Positions 9,697 to 18,501 of a DNA stretch of 64,000 nucleotides are shown here, in pieces; the first letter of the stretch is position 1; each line of letters opens with the position of its first letter. The DNA comes from an uncultured Armatimonadia bacterium (GTDB lineage: Bacteria; Armatimonadota; Zipacnadia; Zipacnadales; UBA11051): contig CAZUOJ010000001.1 in the NCBI GenBank assembly GCA_964622325.1, forward strand, positions 492 through 64,491, given 5' to 3'. Under the pieces are notes generated by a model. It saw only the letters and a program-made list of their open reading frames with translations. It had not been told where the DNA came from and made no database searches. A program made the position numbers and the translations under genes.

Positions 9697-12357
9697 ATGA
9701 GGAAAAGTACTGTTATCCTGAGCCTGATGGTCATGACCGCGATTGCCCGGGCTGCTCCTCAGATAATCGTTGAAACAGATTTTGGCCAGGCTGCTGTTCC
9801 CGTTGATGATGTGAGCGAATCCGGCGAGAAGAGTATCACCGGCTTTCTGCCCGAGGGCTGGCGCGAGGATTCGGGCTGGAATACCCGGATCCGCCTGAGC
9901 TACACGCGCCAAGTTGAGAACGGGCGCCGTTTCCTGCGCGTCTGCAAGACCGATGGAGGCCAGGGGCAGCTGGCTTTTCATATGGGGGAGATTTCGCAGG
10001 AGACATACTATCGCCTTACTTTCAGGGCGCGGAGCGCGGCCCGCTCCAACCTGATTGTCGGAATACGGCTTATCGGCCCTCCCTATGAGTTTCTGTGGTC
10101 AGTTCGTCCTCCGCTGAGACCCAGCTGGCAGGATTTTGCTTATGAGTTTCGTCTGGGCCCCTCGCCCAACCGCGTCGGCCTGTGGCTGACTCTGGAGGAA
10201 GATGGCAGCTACGACCTGTCTCATGTAAAGCTGGTCGCCTTCTCCCGTGAAGACATCATCGCCAGGCTCAAAGCGCAGTATCCTCAGGAGACATCAGGGA
10301 ATCTTGTTCGGGTCAGCCAGTTTCTGCTCGGGCTTCCATCGGGCTGGGCGCTGGGACGGGATTGCTCTGATGGCGATGAGGTAAGAATTCGGACGGATCG
10401 GCAGAGCCCGGGCCCCAGCGGTGCGCCCTCGCTGTGGATAGAAAGCCAGGGAAGCTGGGTGCTGTACACGGCTCCGGTGTTCATCCCCCGCAGCTTTGAG
10501 CCGCATACAGCCAGTCTCTATGCCCGGGGTTCAGGCCGCCTGCGTCTCACCGCTTTTGGCGAAGAAGGCGAGCGTTCGCAGGAATATGCCCTCCATCCAG
10601 CGCAGTGGCAGCGGGTGACAATCACTTTTACTCCCTTGCTGAAGGGCCTGATGCACCAGCTGCGCCTGGAAGGCGAGGGGAGTGTATGGCTGGACGCCTT
10701 CCAGGTCGAGCGCGGCAGCCAGGCGACAGACTTTGCCCCCGCGCGACCGTGCCAGGTGCAGCTGGCGCTGCCAGAATCGGACGCTTCCGCCGCTCGGGTC
10801 CAGTTTGCGGACGAGCCACCGGCGATACTTTACGCCGTGCGCGGCGCGCCCTCGGGCAGCGTGTTGAGACTTACCCAGTACGACCTCTATGGCGGCGCAA
10901 TCCGACTTGAGGTGCGCAATCCACGGCCCGAGGGACGTCTCTTGCTGAAGCTTCCAGCCGCCCATCCCCTGGGCACCTTTCGTGTCGAGGCACATGTGGA
11001 GGACGCGCGGGGCCGCATCATTAGCCCGGTGGATGAAGTCGTGTTTCATCGCGTGCGGCGCCCGCGTTATTGGAACAGGCCTGCTCCGCGTTCGCCCTTC
11101 GGCGTCCACACAGTTTCCACGACACGCCATATCGTGATGGCGAAGGCCATCGGGGTCAACTGGACGCGGCTGCACGATGCGGGACGGGAGTATACGAGCT
11201 GGGCTTTTTTGGAGCCTGCGCCAGGCAAATGGCAATTTCGGGATGAAGAGCTGCGACGCTATGAGAAGTATGGGCTCAAGATTCTGGGGCTGCTCTCAAC
11301 CTCCCCGCTTTGGGCCAACTATCAGGAGAAATCGCGCCACTGGTACTGGGATTATTATGTGCAGCCTAAGGACCTGCGCCAGTTCGCTCATTATGTACGC
11401 GTCGTAGCAGAGCGCTACAAAGACCTCATTGATAGCTACGATGTGTGGAACGAGCCGTGGGGGATTTCCTTCTGGTCTTTGGGCTGGGATTTTGAGAAAG
11501 GTGGGTTTAAGAAGGATCCCAGGGCAGAGGAGAATTTCGCGCGGCTACAAGCAACGGCCTACGAGGCGGCGAAGGCAGTTGACCCCAAAATCACTATTCT
11601 GGGATTCAACACCGAAGGCACGCCCAATGGGACTTTGTGGACGAAAGGCTTGCTGCCCTTTGGTGCCCTGCAAAACTGTGATGCAATCGGCTACCATCAT
11701 TACTCCTTCCGCTACAACGGATTTCCGGGCGACGATGTACATCAGGCTTGGGAATATGCGATAGGCCCCATTATCCAACAGGCCGGGCAGTTGAGCAAGC
11801 CCGTGTGGATGACCGAAGGCAACCCGATATGCTACCTGCTGAACAATGGCTTTTATCATTACACAATGTGCGGAGAGCCGATAGACGATAGCTGGGCGAT
11901 AGGGAACCGTCTGTGTCGCTATATAGTGAGCCTGCTGGCGCAGGGCGTCCAGAAAGTGTTTCTTTACTCAATGCATATCCATTCGGGCGCGGCCGGGCCC
12001 AATGCTGCCAGTTGGCGTGTGTTCACCGAGGATGATGGCTACTTGCATCCCAGCGGCGTGGCGCACGCAAACCTGGCCTGGCTTATCGAGGACACGGAAT
12101 TTGTGGAGCGGCGCAATCTCGCCCCGGGCGTCTTCGCCTATATATTCGTGGGCCCAGAACGCGCGGTGGCAGTGCTGTCCACACATCCCGAACACGCGGA
12201 GTTTGCTGTGCCCTCGGCACCGGGCATAGAGACCATAGATCTCTTCGGCAACCCTGTGCCGCCCAAAACGAGATTGGAGAACGACTTGGTGTACCTTACT
12301 GCCCCCAGCCTGCGGCGGTTAGAATCTGTGCTGAGGCCTCGAACAAGAGCCAGATGA
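9697..12357 (+). CDS. Secreted clan GH-A (GH5/GH39-like) glycoside hydrolase with two N-terminal CBM-like beta-sandwich domains; the gene is GC-rich
   Basis: 886-aa ORF with a signal peptide MRKSTVILSLMVMTAIARAAPQ. The TIM-barrel part has the acid/base motif VWNEPWG and the nucleophile motif VWMTEGN. The local GC is about 63-65%, against about 50% for the flanks. Confidence 0.6.
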   Translation: MRKSTVILSLMVMTAIARAAPQIIVETDFGQAAVPVDDVSESGEKSITGFLPEGWREDSGWNTRIRLSYTRQVENGRRFLRVCKTDGGQGQLAFHMGEISQETYYRLTFRARSAARSNLIVGIRLIGPPYEFLWSVRPPLRPSWQDFAYEFRLGPSPNRVGLWLTLEEDGSYDLSHVKLVAFSREDIIARLKAQYPQETSGNLVRVSQFLLGLPSGWALGRDCSDGDEVRIRTDRQSPGPSGAPSLWIESQGSWVLYTAPVFIPRSFEPHTASLYARGSGRLRLTAFGEEGERSQEYALHPAQWQRVTITFTPLLKGLMHQLRLEGEGSVWLDAFQVERGSQATDFAPARPCQVQLALPESDASAARVQFADEPPAILYAVRGAPSGSVLRLTQYDLYGGAIRLEVRNPRPEGRLLLKLPAAHPLGTFRVEAHVEDARGRIISPVDEVVFHRVRRPRYWNRPAPRSPFGVHTVSTTRHIVMAKAIGVNWTRLHDAGREYTSWAFLEPAPGKWQFRDEELRRYEKYGLKILGLLSTSPLWANYQEKSRHWYWDYYVQPKDLRQFAHYVRVVAERYKDLIDSYDVWNEPWGISFWSLGWDFEKGGFKKDPRAEENFARLQATAYEAAKAVDPKITILGFNTEGTPNGTLWTKGLLPFGALQNCDAIGYHHYSFRYNGFPGDDVHQAWEYAIGPIIQQAGQLSKPVWMTEGNPICYLLNNGFYHYTMCGEPIDDSWAIGNRLCRYIVSLLAQGVQKVFLYSMHIHSGAAGPNAASWRVFTEDDGYLHPSGVAHANLAWLIEDTEFVERRNLAPGVFAYIFVGPERAVAVLSTHPEHAEFAVPSAPGIETIDLFGNPVPPKTRLENDLVYLTAPSLRRLESVLRPRTRAR

Positions 12358-13080
12358 AGCCTGCCCCCTCCATAGTTAAGAGCTGAGGGGGAGAGCAAGC
12401 GGCGGTTCTCTGGAGCACGATTATGCAAGACAGCGCCCCAGAAACCCGTACCGAAGCGAGAGAACCGCCGCGGGACGAGCATACCCGATTGCTGAGACGC
12501 GGGAAAGAAGGCACTGACGGGGTTTTCACATCCGAAAGGGGCCAAGGTTGTTGCCGCTCGTGGAGCGGTTTGCGCACGCACGCGCGGATGCCGGTGGACG
12601 AGTTCAGGGATGTGTTGGAGCGGGCGAGACTGGAAGTGGTGCTGCAGCTGTCGGCGGCGACGGGGGCGGATCCGCCGCCTTCGGAGAAGTGGGGCGGAGA
12701 GGTTCGCCGGCACGGGAGCGAAGCGGGGGTGGATTGCCTGTTGACGCAGAAAGTGCGGGTGAGCAACCTGCGGCTGCGGAAGAGAAGTGGGGATCCGCAG
12801 GCGGGGCTGAGGTTGGAAATCGCCCAAGTCCAGCAGGAGCTCGACGAACTGAGTGGGGAAGCCCCCAAACCGCAGGAGGGGGCCGACCTCCTCCGGGACT
12901 TCACGAGCGGGATTCGTGACCTCCCTTTGGCCAAGCAGAAGGCCAGAATCCGGGGTTTCATCAGCCGAATCGATTGTAACCTGCCTTCCGCTGCGGACAG
13001 TGTGCAGATCGATGGGGATGGCGTGGGCGAGGGGCTATTCCGAAACGCGGGCGCGAGAGTTATAAGCCGGATGAGCGACA

Positions 13081-13111
13081 GGCCCGCAGAATCCGTTGAT
13101 TCTGCGGGCCT
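13081..13111. repeat. Perfect 13-bp inverted repeat (hairpin) with a 5-nt loop inside ORF-less GC-rich DNA
   Basis: ggcccgcagaatc cgttg gattctgcgggcc. No flanking T-run, so this is not a classical terminator. It lies 50 bp from the tRNA 3' end. Confidence 0.5.
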
Positions 13112-13160
13112 GAAAGCGGATCCCTGTAACCGAGTGCTTCGGTTTCGGGAAGAGGTTGCA

Positions 13161-13237
13161 TTGGTAGCGCGGGGAGGATTCGAACCTCCGACCTCAAGGT
13201 TATGAGCCTTGCGAGCTACCGGACTGCTCCACCGCGC
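13161..13237 (-). tRNA. tRNA-Met (anticodon CAU), initiator-like
   Basis: The reverse complement is CGCGCGGTGGAGCAGTCCGGTAGCTCGCAAGGCTCATAACCTTGAGGTCGGAGGTTCGAATCCTCCCCGCGCTACCA (77 nt). It has a canonical cloverleaf with anticodon loop CUCAUAA, T-loop TTCGAAT and an encoded CCA. Initiator hallmarks are the C1:U72 mismatch, the A11:U24 pair and strong similarity to E. coli tRNA-fMet. Only 2 of the 3 G:C pairs expected in the anticodon stem are present (A29:U41). Confidence 0.85.
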
Positions 13238-13453
13238 GTCGCTATATATTATAGCTAAAATCGCCTTTTGACGCAAGGCCCCTTCAGGCATTTTTGCCGC
13301 ATATCCCGCCATTCTACATATTGTTGTGATTACAAAGTCTTGGGAAAGCAGGAATCAGTCTCAGGAAGGCGAAAAAGCCCAAATTGTTTAAGGCTTTTAA
13401 ACGCTCGCGCATAGGAAAAAGAATTATTTAATTAAGGGCTAAGGCGTGGGGGA

Positions 13454-14788
13454 GTGCGGCTTGCCCATTCGCTCCGAAGCAATCTATCTTACAGCAAAGG
13501 CTTTTTCTCTGCCTGCATTTTTTGTCCCTTGAGGAGAGCATCAGTTTTGTCTTCGCCACTGCCTCCAACACACACGAAACAATCTTCCCGGGCGCAAATT
13601 GGGCTGCTTTGCGGCTCGTTTTTCTTTTTGTTTTTGGGCGTGGCTGCCCTGCAGCAATTTCTCGTGCCCCTCTTGACAGCTCGCACAAAAATTAGCGATA
13701 CACAGGCAGCAGCCATTTTTGCCCTTGTTTATTTCAGCGGCCCCCTGTGGCTGGCGTTGTATCCCTATTATTTTCGCTGGCTGCGCGAAAAATGGAGCCT
13801 TGTCCTGGCGGGCGTGAGCTACACGCTTTTTGGTTTGCTCATTTATTTAGCGCACGATTGGCCCCTCGCCCTGATCGCGGCTCTTTTGTGGGGCTGGGGC
13901 GGCGAAACTTTATGGGCTACAGGCCCCGCCCAAGTTTTGAATGTCACAGAAGCCAAAAGACGCGGCAGCATATCCGGCCTGTTCCAGAGCGCCACATATT
14001 CCGGCCAGATGCTGGGCGTGTTGCTCTTGGGGGGGATCCTGAGACATCACGCGGGCTTGCAAGCGACTATCACGGATAAATTGGCGGGCCATAATAGCAT
14101 GTTGCTCACAGCTATTGGCCTCAGCCTTGTAGGCAATGTTTTGGCGTTATTTTTGCGTGTCAAGCCCAAAGAGCTGCCGCCCCCCCGATTTGCCGACGCC
14201 CTGATGGCTTTGCGGCGCACAGCCGGCCGCTATCTCGTTGTGCTTTCCGTCGCGAATTATTTAGGCTGGGGGCTTGTGCTGACCAGCTTCACAATTTTAA
14301 TTGTAGATCAAAATCAATTGGACAAATTGCACTGGATTGTCCTGCCTTATTATGCAGGACGGCTGGCCGCCGCCTGGCTGGCGGGGCACACTTCCGATAT
14401 TATCGGCCGCGAACGCGTAATGTTTGTGGGCTTCCTTTTTGGCGCGTTGAGCCTGATAGCCGTTGCTTTTTGGCGCTCAGCCTGGATTGTCAGCCTTGCC
14501 GCGCTTGTTCTGGGCGTGCAAGCCGCCACTGTGACTGTGGCAATGACAGCGGCAGTCGGGGACTATATTTTGCCCGCAGAGCGGCATTTTGTCTTCGCGG
14601 GCACAAACGCCTGGGGCTATCTAACAGCTGGAACAACAATGATTTTATCCCCGCTGCTAAAAGATATTGTCGGCGGCAGCTTCACGCCTTCTTTTGTACT
14701 GTTTGCTTTATTTTACGGCGGCTGCGCGGCTGTGGCCGCTCAAATGCGCCTTCGTTTGCGCCATCATTTACAAAAAGAAGACGCCTAA
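13454..14788 (+). CDS. Polytopic membrane transporter, probably MFS-type (about 12 TM segments)
   Basis: 444-aa ORF made of about 12 hydrophobic helices. The true start may be a later TTG or ATG near 13540. No catalytic motifs are visible. Confidence 0.5.
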   Translation: MRLAHSLRSNLSYSKGFFSACIFCPLRRASVLSSPLPPTHTKQSSRAQIGLLCGSFFFLFLGVAALQQFLVPLLTARTKISDTQAAAIFALVYFSGPLWLALYPYYFRWLREKWSLVLAGVSYTLFGLLIYLAHDWPLALIAALLWGWGGETLWATGPAQVLNVTEAKRRGSISGLFQSATYSGQMLGVLLLGGILRHHAGLQATITDKLAGHNSMLLTAIGLSLVGNVLALFLRVKPKELPPPRFADALMALRRTAGRYLVVLSVANYLGWGLVLTSFTILIVDQNQLDKLHWIVLPYYAGRLAAAWLAGHTSDIIGRERVMFVGFLFGALSLIAVAFWRSAWIVSLAALVLGVQAATVTVAMTAAVGDYILPAERHFVFAGTNAWGYLTAGTTMILSPLLKDIVGGSFTPSFVLFALFYGGCAAVAAQMRLRLRHHLQKEDA

Positions 14789-14896
14789 TAAAATCTTCCC
14801 AGGGCCGGAGCTTTGGCGAAAATGTTCGTCGAAACGAAAATGATTAAATCAAATTGATACAGGATTATGGCCTTGTTAGAAAGGAACGCTGCAAAT

Positions 14897-16195
14897 ATGG
14901 CTCAAAGAAAAATCGTATTAATCGGCGCCGGCAGCGCCAGCTTCACAGCAGGCCTTGTCGCTGATTTGTTGCTTGCCAAGGGGAGGGACGAATGGACAAT
15001 CGGGCTTGTGGATATCAATGAAGAAGCTCTTAATGTGGCCCAAGGCCTCGTCCAACGCATGATCGCACACAAGCAGGCGCCCTTCTCCATTGAAGCCTCT
15101 CCCGATCGTTGTGATGTTTTGCCCGGAGCAGATTTTGTTGTCACGACAATTGCTGTGGGCGGCCGCCGCGCCTGGGAGGCGGATATTCTTATTCCGCGCC
15201 AATATGGCATTTTCCAGCCTGTGGGCGACACAATTGGGGCCGGCGGCATCTCTCGGGCTTTGCGGCAAATCCCTCCAATGCTGGAGATTGCCCGCGATGT
15301 GGCGCAATTATGTCCGCAGGCGCATTTTTTTAATTATGCCAATCCCATGGCCTGTATCTGCCGCGCTGTGAATAAAGCCACGCCGGCGCGCCTTGTGGGG
15401 CTCTGTCATGGCGTGCAGGAGACATTGCGCTATCTTTGCCATTTTATCGGCGTGCCTTATGCAGAAATCCACGCCCTATATTGCGGCGTCAATCATCTGA
15501 CATTCATCACGCATTTTACACGCAACGGAGAGGATTTGTGGCCGCTTGTGGATCAGCGGCTCGCCGAAAGCCCTCCGGAAGATAATCATTTTTCCTGGGA
15601 GCTGTATCGAACGCATCGGGCTTTCCCCGCTGTCCTGGACAGGCATATCACAGAATTCTATGCGCCGCGCTTCGCCCGGGGGGATTATTACGGCAAAAAA
15701 TTAGGGCTGGACACAATGGATATTCTGGCCGTCATTCAAAGCGGCGACGAACGCTACGAAAAAATGAAAGCACAAGCGGAAGGGCGTGTGCCGCTGGAGG
15801 AAAGCCTGTTTACACGAAAATTAGGCGAACATGAAGCGTTGATTCCAATTGTGGAGTCTCTAATAAACGATAGGGGCGAGATATTTCCCATGAACATGCC
15901 CAATCGCACTGTGCCGGAGCTTCCGGCAGGCTTTGTCTTAGAAATGCCTACAGCCGCCATGCAGGCAGGCTGTCTGCCCGTAGCGCTGCCGCCGCTGCGG
16001 CCAGCCTTAGCTGCGACAATCACGCGTGCCCTGTACGGCGTGGAATTAGCTGTAGAGGCAGCGCTCACAGGGGATCGGCGTATTTTTGTGGAAGCGCTTT
16101 TGTACGATGGCTGTGTGCAAGAGCTGGCTACGGCAGAAGCTTTAGCCGATGATTTATTGGCCGCTCATAAGCCGTATTTGCCCCAATTTGCCTAA
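14897..16195 (+). CDS. Glycoside hydrolase family 4 (NAD+/Mn2+-dependent alpha-glucosidase/alpha-galactosidase type)
   Basis: Begins MAQRKIVLIGAGSASFTAGLVADLL, a Rossmann fold typical of GH4. The conserved motif GLCHGV is present. An AAAGGA RBS lies upstream of the ATG at 14897; the track ORF begins at 14867. Confidence 0.75.
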   Translation: MAQRKIVLIGAGSASFTAGLVADLLLAKGRDEWTIGLVDINEEALNVAQGLVQRMIAHKQAPFSIEASPDRCDVLPGADFVVTTIAVGGRRAWEADILIPRQYGIFQPVGDTIGAGGISRALRQIPPMLEIARDVAQLCPQAHFFNYANPMACICRAVNKATPARLVGLCHGVQETLRYLCHFIGVPYAEIHALYCGVNHLTFITHFTRNGEDLWPLVDQRLAESPPEDNHFSWELYRTHRAFPAVLDRHITEFYAPRFARGDYYGKKLGLDTMDILAVIQSGDERYEKMKAQAEGRVPLEESLFTRKLGEHEALIPIVESLINDRGEIFPMNMPNRTVPELPAGFVLEMPTAAMQAGCLPVALPPLRPALAATITRALYGVELAVEAALTGDRRIFVEALLYDGCVQELATAEALADDLLAAHKPYLPQFA

Positions 16196-16204
16196 GAGAG
16201 ACAA

Positions 16205-17257
16205 ATGATGAATTCGGAAGAACGATTAATGGCGGCGTTGCATTTTGAAAAGCCGGATCGGATCCCCATGCTGGGAGGATTCTGGCCAGAATGGATTGAA
16301 ATGTGGCGCCGCGCAAAAGGCTTGTCCCCTGAAGCTCATCCCGATGATTACTATCTTGTGGATGATTATATTGCTGTAGGCGATGAAACGCCTTATCCGT
16401 CGCTGGCGCGGGAATTGAAGCGCGAGGGAGATTATATCTATACATTGGACGGCTGGGGGCAAATCAAGCGGACTCGCCTGACGGGCGGCTATTTTTATGA
16501 ACAGATTGATTTTGCCTATGACGAAAAAGGCGAGCTAAAATACGGAGAATTTGAGCCGGCAGATTTGCCCCAGCGTTATGCCGCTTTAGATGCCCTCATG
16601 CCGCAACTTAAAAAGCGTTATTGTGTGTTTGCGAAAACAGGCGGCCCATTTATACGGACATGTTTTATGCGCGGCGAAGCCGCGTTTTTAATGGATATGG
16701 CTGCCGATCCGCAGAAAGCGGCAGAAATGGCAATGCGCACAGCCGTTCATCTTACAGCCATCGGCTTGGAAGAACTCCGGCGCTGGGATTTGTATCATAC
16801 AGGCGTGTGGATTTTCGACGATATGGCTTCGGCGCAAAGCCCTATGTTTTCGCCACGGGCAGCAGAACGCATTTTGGCGCCCGCCTGGACATATATGATC
16901 CAGGCTTTTAAGCGCGCTGGAGCCGCAACAGTTATTTTGCACAGCGATGGCAACATCTTGCCTATTCTGGATATCCTGCTCGACTGCGGCTTTGAGGGAA
17001 TCAATCCTGTCGAATATCGCGCTGGGCTGGATGCTGTCAAGCTGCGCGAGAAATATCCCCGTTTGGCTTTATTAGGCGGGCTGGATAATGTGCACATTTT
17101 GCGTCAAGGCACGCCTGAGCAAATTCGCGAACACACGAAATACATTCTTTCTGCGGCGCCAGGAATGGCATTAGGCACACATTCCATCGGGCCCGATATT
17201 CCCGTGAAAAATTGGGATATTGTGTTTGAGACATGGATGGAATATGGCCAGAGCTAA
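16205..17257 (+). CDS. Uroporphyrinogen-decarboxylase (URO-D)-like family protein
   Basis: 350 aa. The N-terminus MAALHFEKPDRIPMLGG resembles URO-D/MtaA-like family proteins. It sits inside a sugar-utilisation cluster, so its role is probably not in haem synthesis. Confidence 0.45.
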   Translation: MMNSEERLMAALHFEKPDRIPMLGGFWPEWIEMWRRAKGLSPEAHPDDYYLVDDYIAVGDETPYPSLARELKREGDYIYTLDGWGQIKRTRLTGGYFYEQIDFAYDEKGELKYGEFEPADLPQRYAALDALMPQLKKRYCVFAKTGGPFIRTCFMRGEAAFLMDMAADPQKAAEMAMRTAVHLTAIGLEELRRWDLYHTGVWIFDDMASAQSPMFSPRAAERILAPAWTYMIQAFKRAGAATVILHSDGNILPILDILLDCGFEGINPVEYRAGLDAVKLREKYPRLALLGGLDNVHILRQGTPEQIREHTKYILSAAPGMALGTHSIGPDIPVKNWDIVFETWMEYGQS

Positions 17258-17272
17258 TCAAGGAGGCGAAAG

Positions 17273-18475
17273 ATGCGCTATACATTATTTTTCTTAGGGA
17301 GCTTTATTATTATGAACATAATAGACGAAAACGCTTGGGCACAAACGCGCTGGACAATCGGAACGCCTATCGTCACATATTGGGCAGGGCCCGAAATGAC
17401 AGAAGATGCGGCGCGCCAAATGGCTGAAGGGAATTTTAATCTTGTATGGTGCCGCGCGGAGCAATTGGACAATGCCTATAAATTTGGCCTGCGAGCGCTG
17501 CTTTATGATAATCTCATTAGTCCTGAATCTCTAGATGTTCCAGAAAAGCGCAATCAATTAGAAGCATTAATCGCTCGTGTGAAAAGCCATCCGGCAATGT
17601 ATGCATATTATCTTAAAGATGAGCCCAACGCCGTCCAATTTCCTGCTTTAGGAAAGCTTGTGGCTTTTTTGCGTTCGCAAGATCCAGCGCATTTGGCGTA
17701 TATCAATCTTTTTCCTACATACGCTACAAACGAACAATTAGGCAATAAAGGCGATGTTGTAACGGCTTATAAGGAACATCTCCAGCAATATCTTAATATT
17801 GTGAAGCCAGATTTAATTAGCTATGATCATTATCATTTTGGCGCCACAGGCGATGGGGACCAATATTTCCTCAATCTTGCGCTCATCCGAGAAGCCGCCC
17901 TTCAGGCGGGCTTGCCGTTTCTGAATATTGTGCAAGCCTGCTCCTGGACGCCTTCAATGCGCGTTCCCCACACAGCGGAAGTGCGCTGGCTTGTCAATAC
18001 ATCGCTGGCTTACGGCGCCCAAGGGATTTCCTATTTCGTGTATGTCCATCGCGGCTTTAAAGGGGCTTTAGCCACGCTTGATGGCCAGCCCACGCTCTTA
18101 TATTATGGCTTGCGCCTCGTGAATCGGGATTTTGTCGCCTACGCGGAGCAATTACAAAGCCTAAAATCTATAGCTGTTTATCATGCTAATGTGAAGCCCT
18201 TGCCCTGGGGCGCTGTTGCATTTCCTGATGAAGCTCCTATATGCGCCGTTGAGTCAGTGCCGCTTTTATGGGGCTATTTTGGCTCTTTATCCTCTTTGCC
18301 GACACATTTTGTTATTGTTAATTTGGATTATCATAAGCCTGTATCCATTACAATTAAAAGCAAACAGCCTTTAGAAATTTTTCGGCCTGCGCAGAAAAGA
18401 TGGCAGCCTTTTACGACGCCGAAGCTTCATTTAGAAGCTGGCGGCGCGCGTTTGCTTCGTCTTGCCTTGAAATAA
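17273..18475 (+). CDS. Secreted TIM-barrel glycoside-hydrolase-like protein (clan GH-A-like)
   Basis: AAGGAGG RBS and an N-terminal signal peptide. The motif YYLKDEPN is a candidate NEP-type acid/base motif. 400 aa. Confidence 0.45.
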   Translation: MRYTLFFLGSFIIMNIIDENAWAQTRWTIGTPIVTYWAGPEMTEDAARQMAEGNFNLVWCRAEQLDNAYKFGLRALLYDNLISPESLDVPEKRNQLEALIARVKSHPAMYAYYLKDEPNAVQFPALGKLVAFLRSQDPAHLAYINLFPTYATNEQLGNKGDVVTAYKEHLQQYLNIVKPDLISYDHYHFGATGDGDQYFLNLALIREAALQAGLPFLNIVQACSWTPSMRVPHTAEVRWLVNTSLAYGAQGISYFVYVHRGFKGALATLDGQPTLLYYGLRLVNRDFVAYAEQLQSLKSIAVYHANVKPLPWGAVAFPDEAPICAVESVPLLWGYFGSLSSLPTHFVIVNLDYHKPVSITIKSKQPLEIFRPAQKRWQPFTTPKLHLEAGGARLLRLALK

Positions 18476-18501
18476 AAAGCCAAAAAAGGAGAAAAAGCTA
18501 T

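Noticed and set aside
10531-11235. 234-aa minus-strand ORF inside the GH-A hydrolase gene (and other antisense ORFs at 10294..10506 and 10605..10910)
   Set aside because: It is antisense to a well-supported gene in high-GC DNA, and the translation has no protein-like features.
9652-13258. 9-bp direct repeat ccaccgcgc (plus tagcta nearby) at both edges of the GC-rich islet, as att-site remnants
   Set aside because: It is too short and GC-biased to be statistically convincing. It also overlaps the tRNA 5' end rather than the usual 3' end. It is mentioned only as weak support in the islet finding.
12296-13312. Long ORFs 12423..13205 (+, 260 aa) and 12296..13312 (-, 338 aa) in the GC-rich spacer
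   Set aside because: Both run through the tRNA-Met gene, are low-complexity (Ser/Arg/Gly-rich) and lack start context. Long spurious ORFs are expected in about 65% GC DNA. They are kept only as a possible decayed-gene region in the findings.
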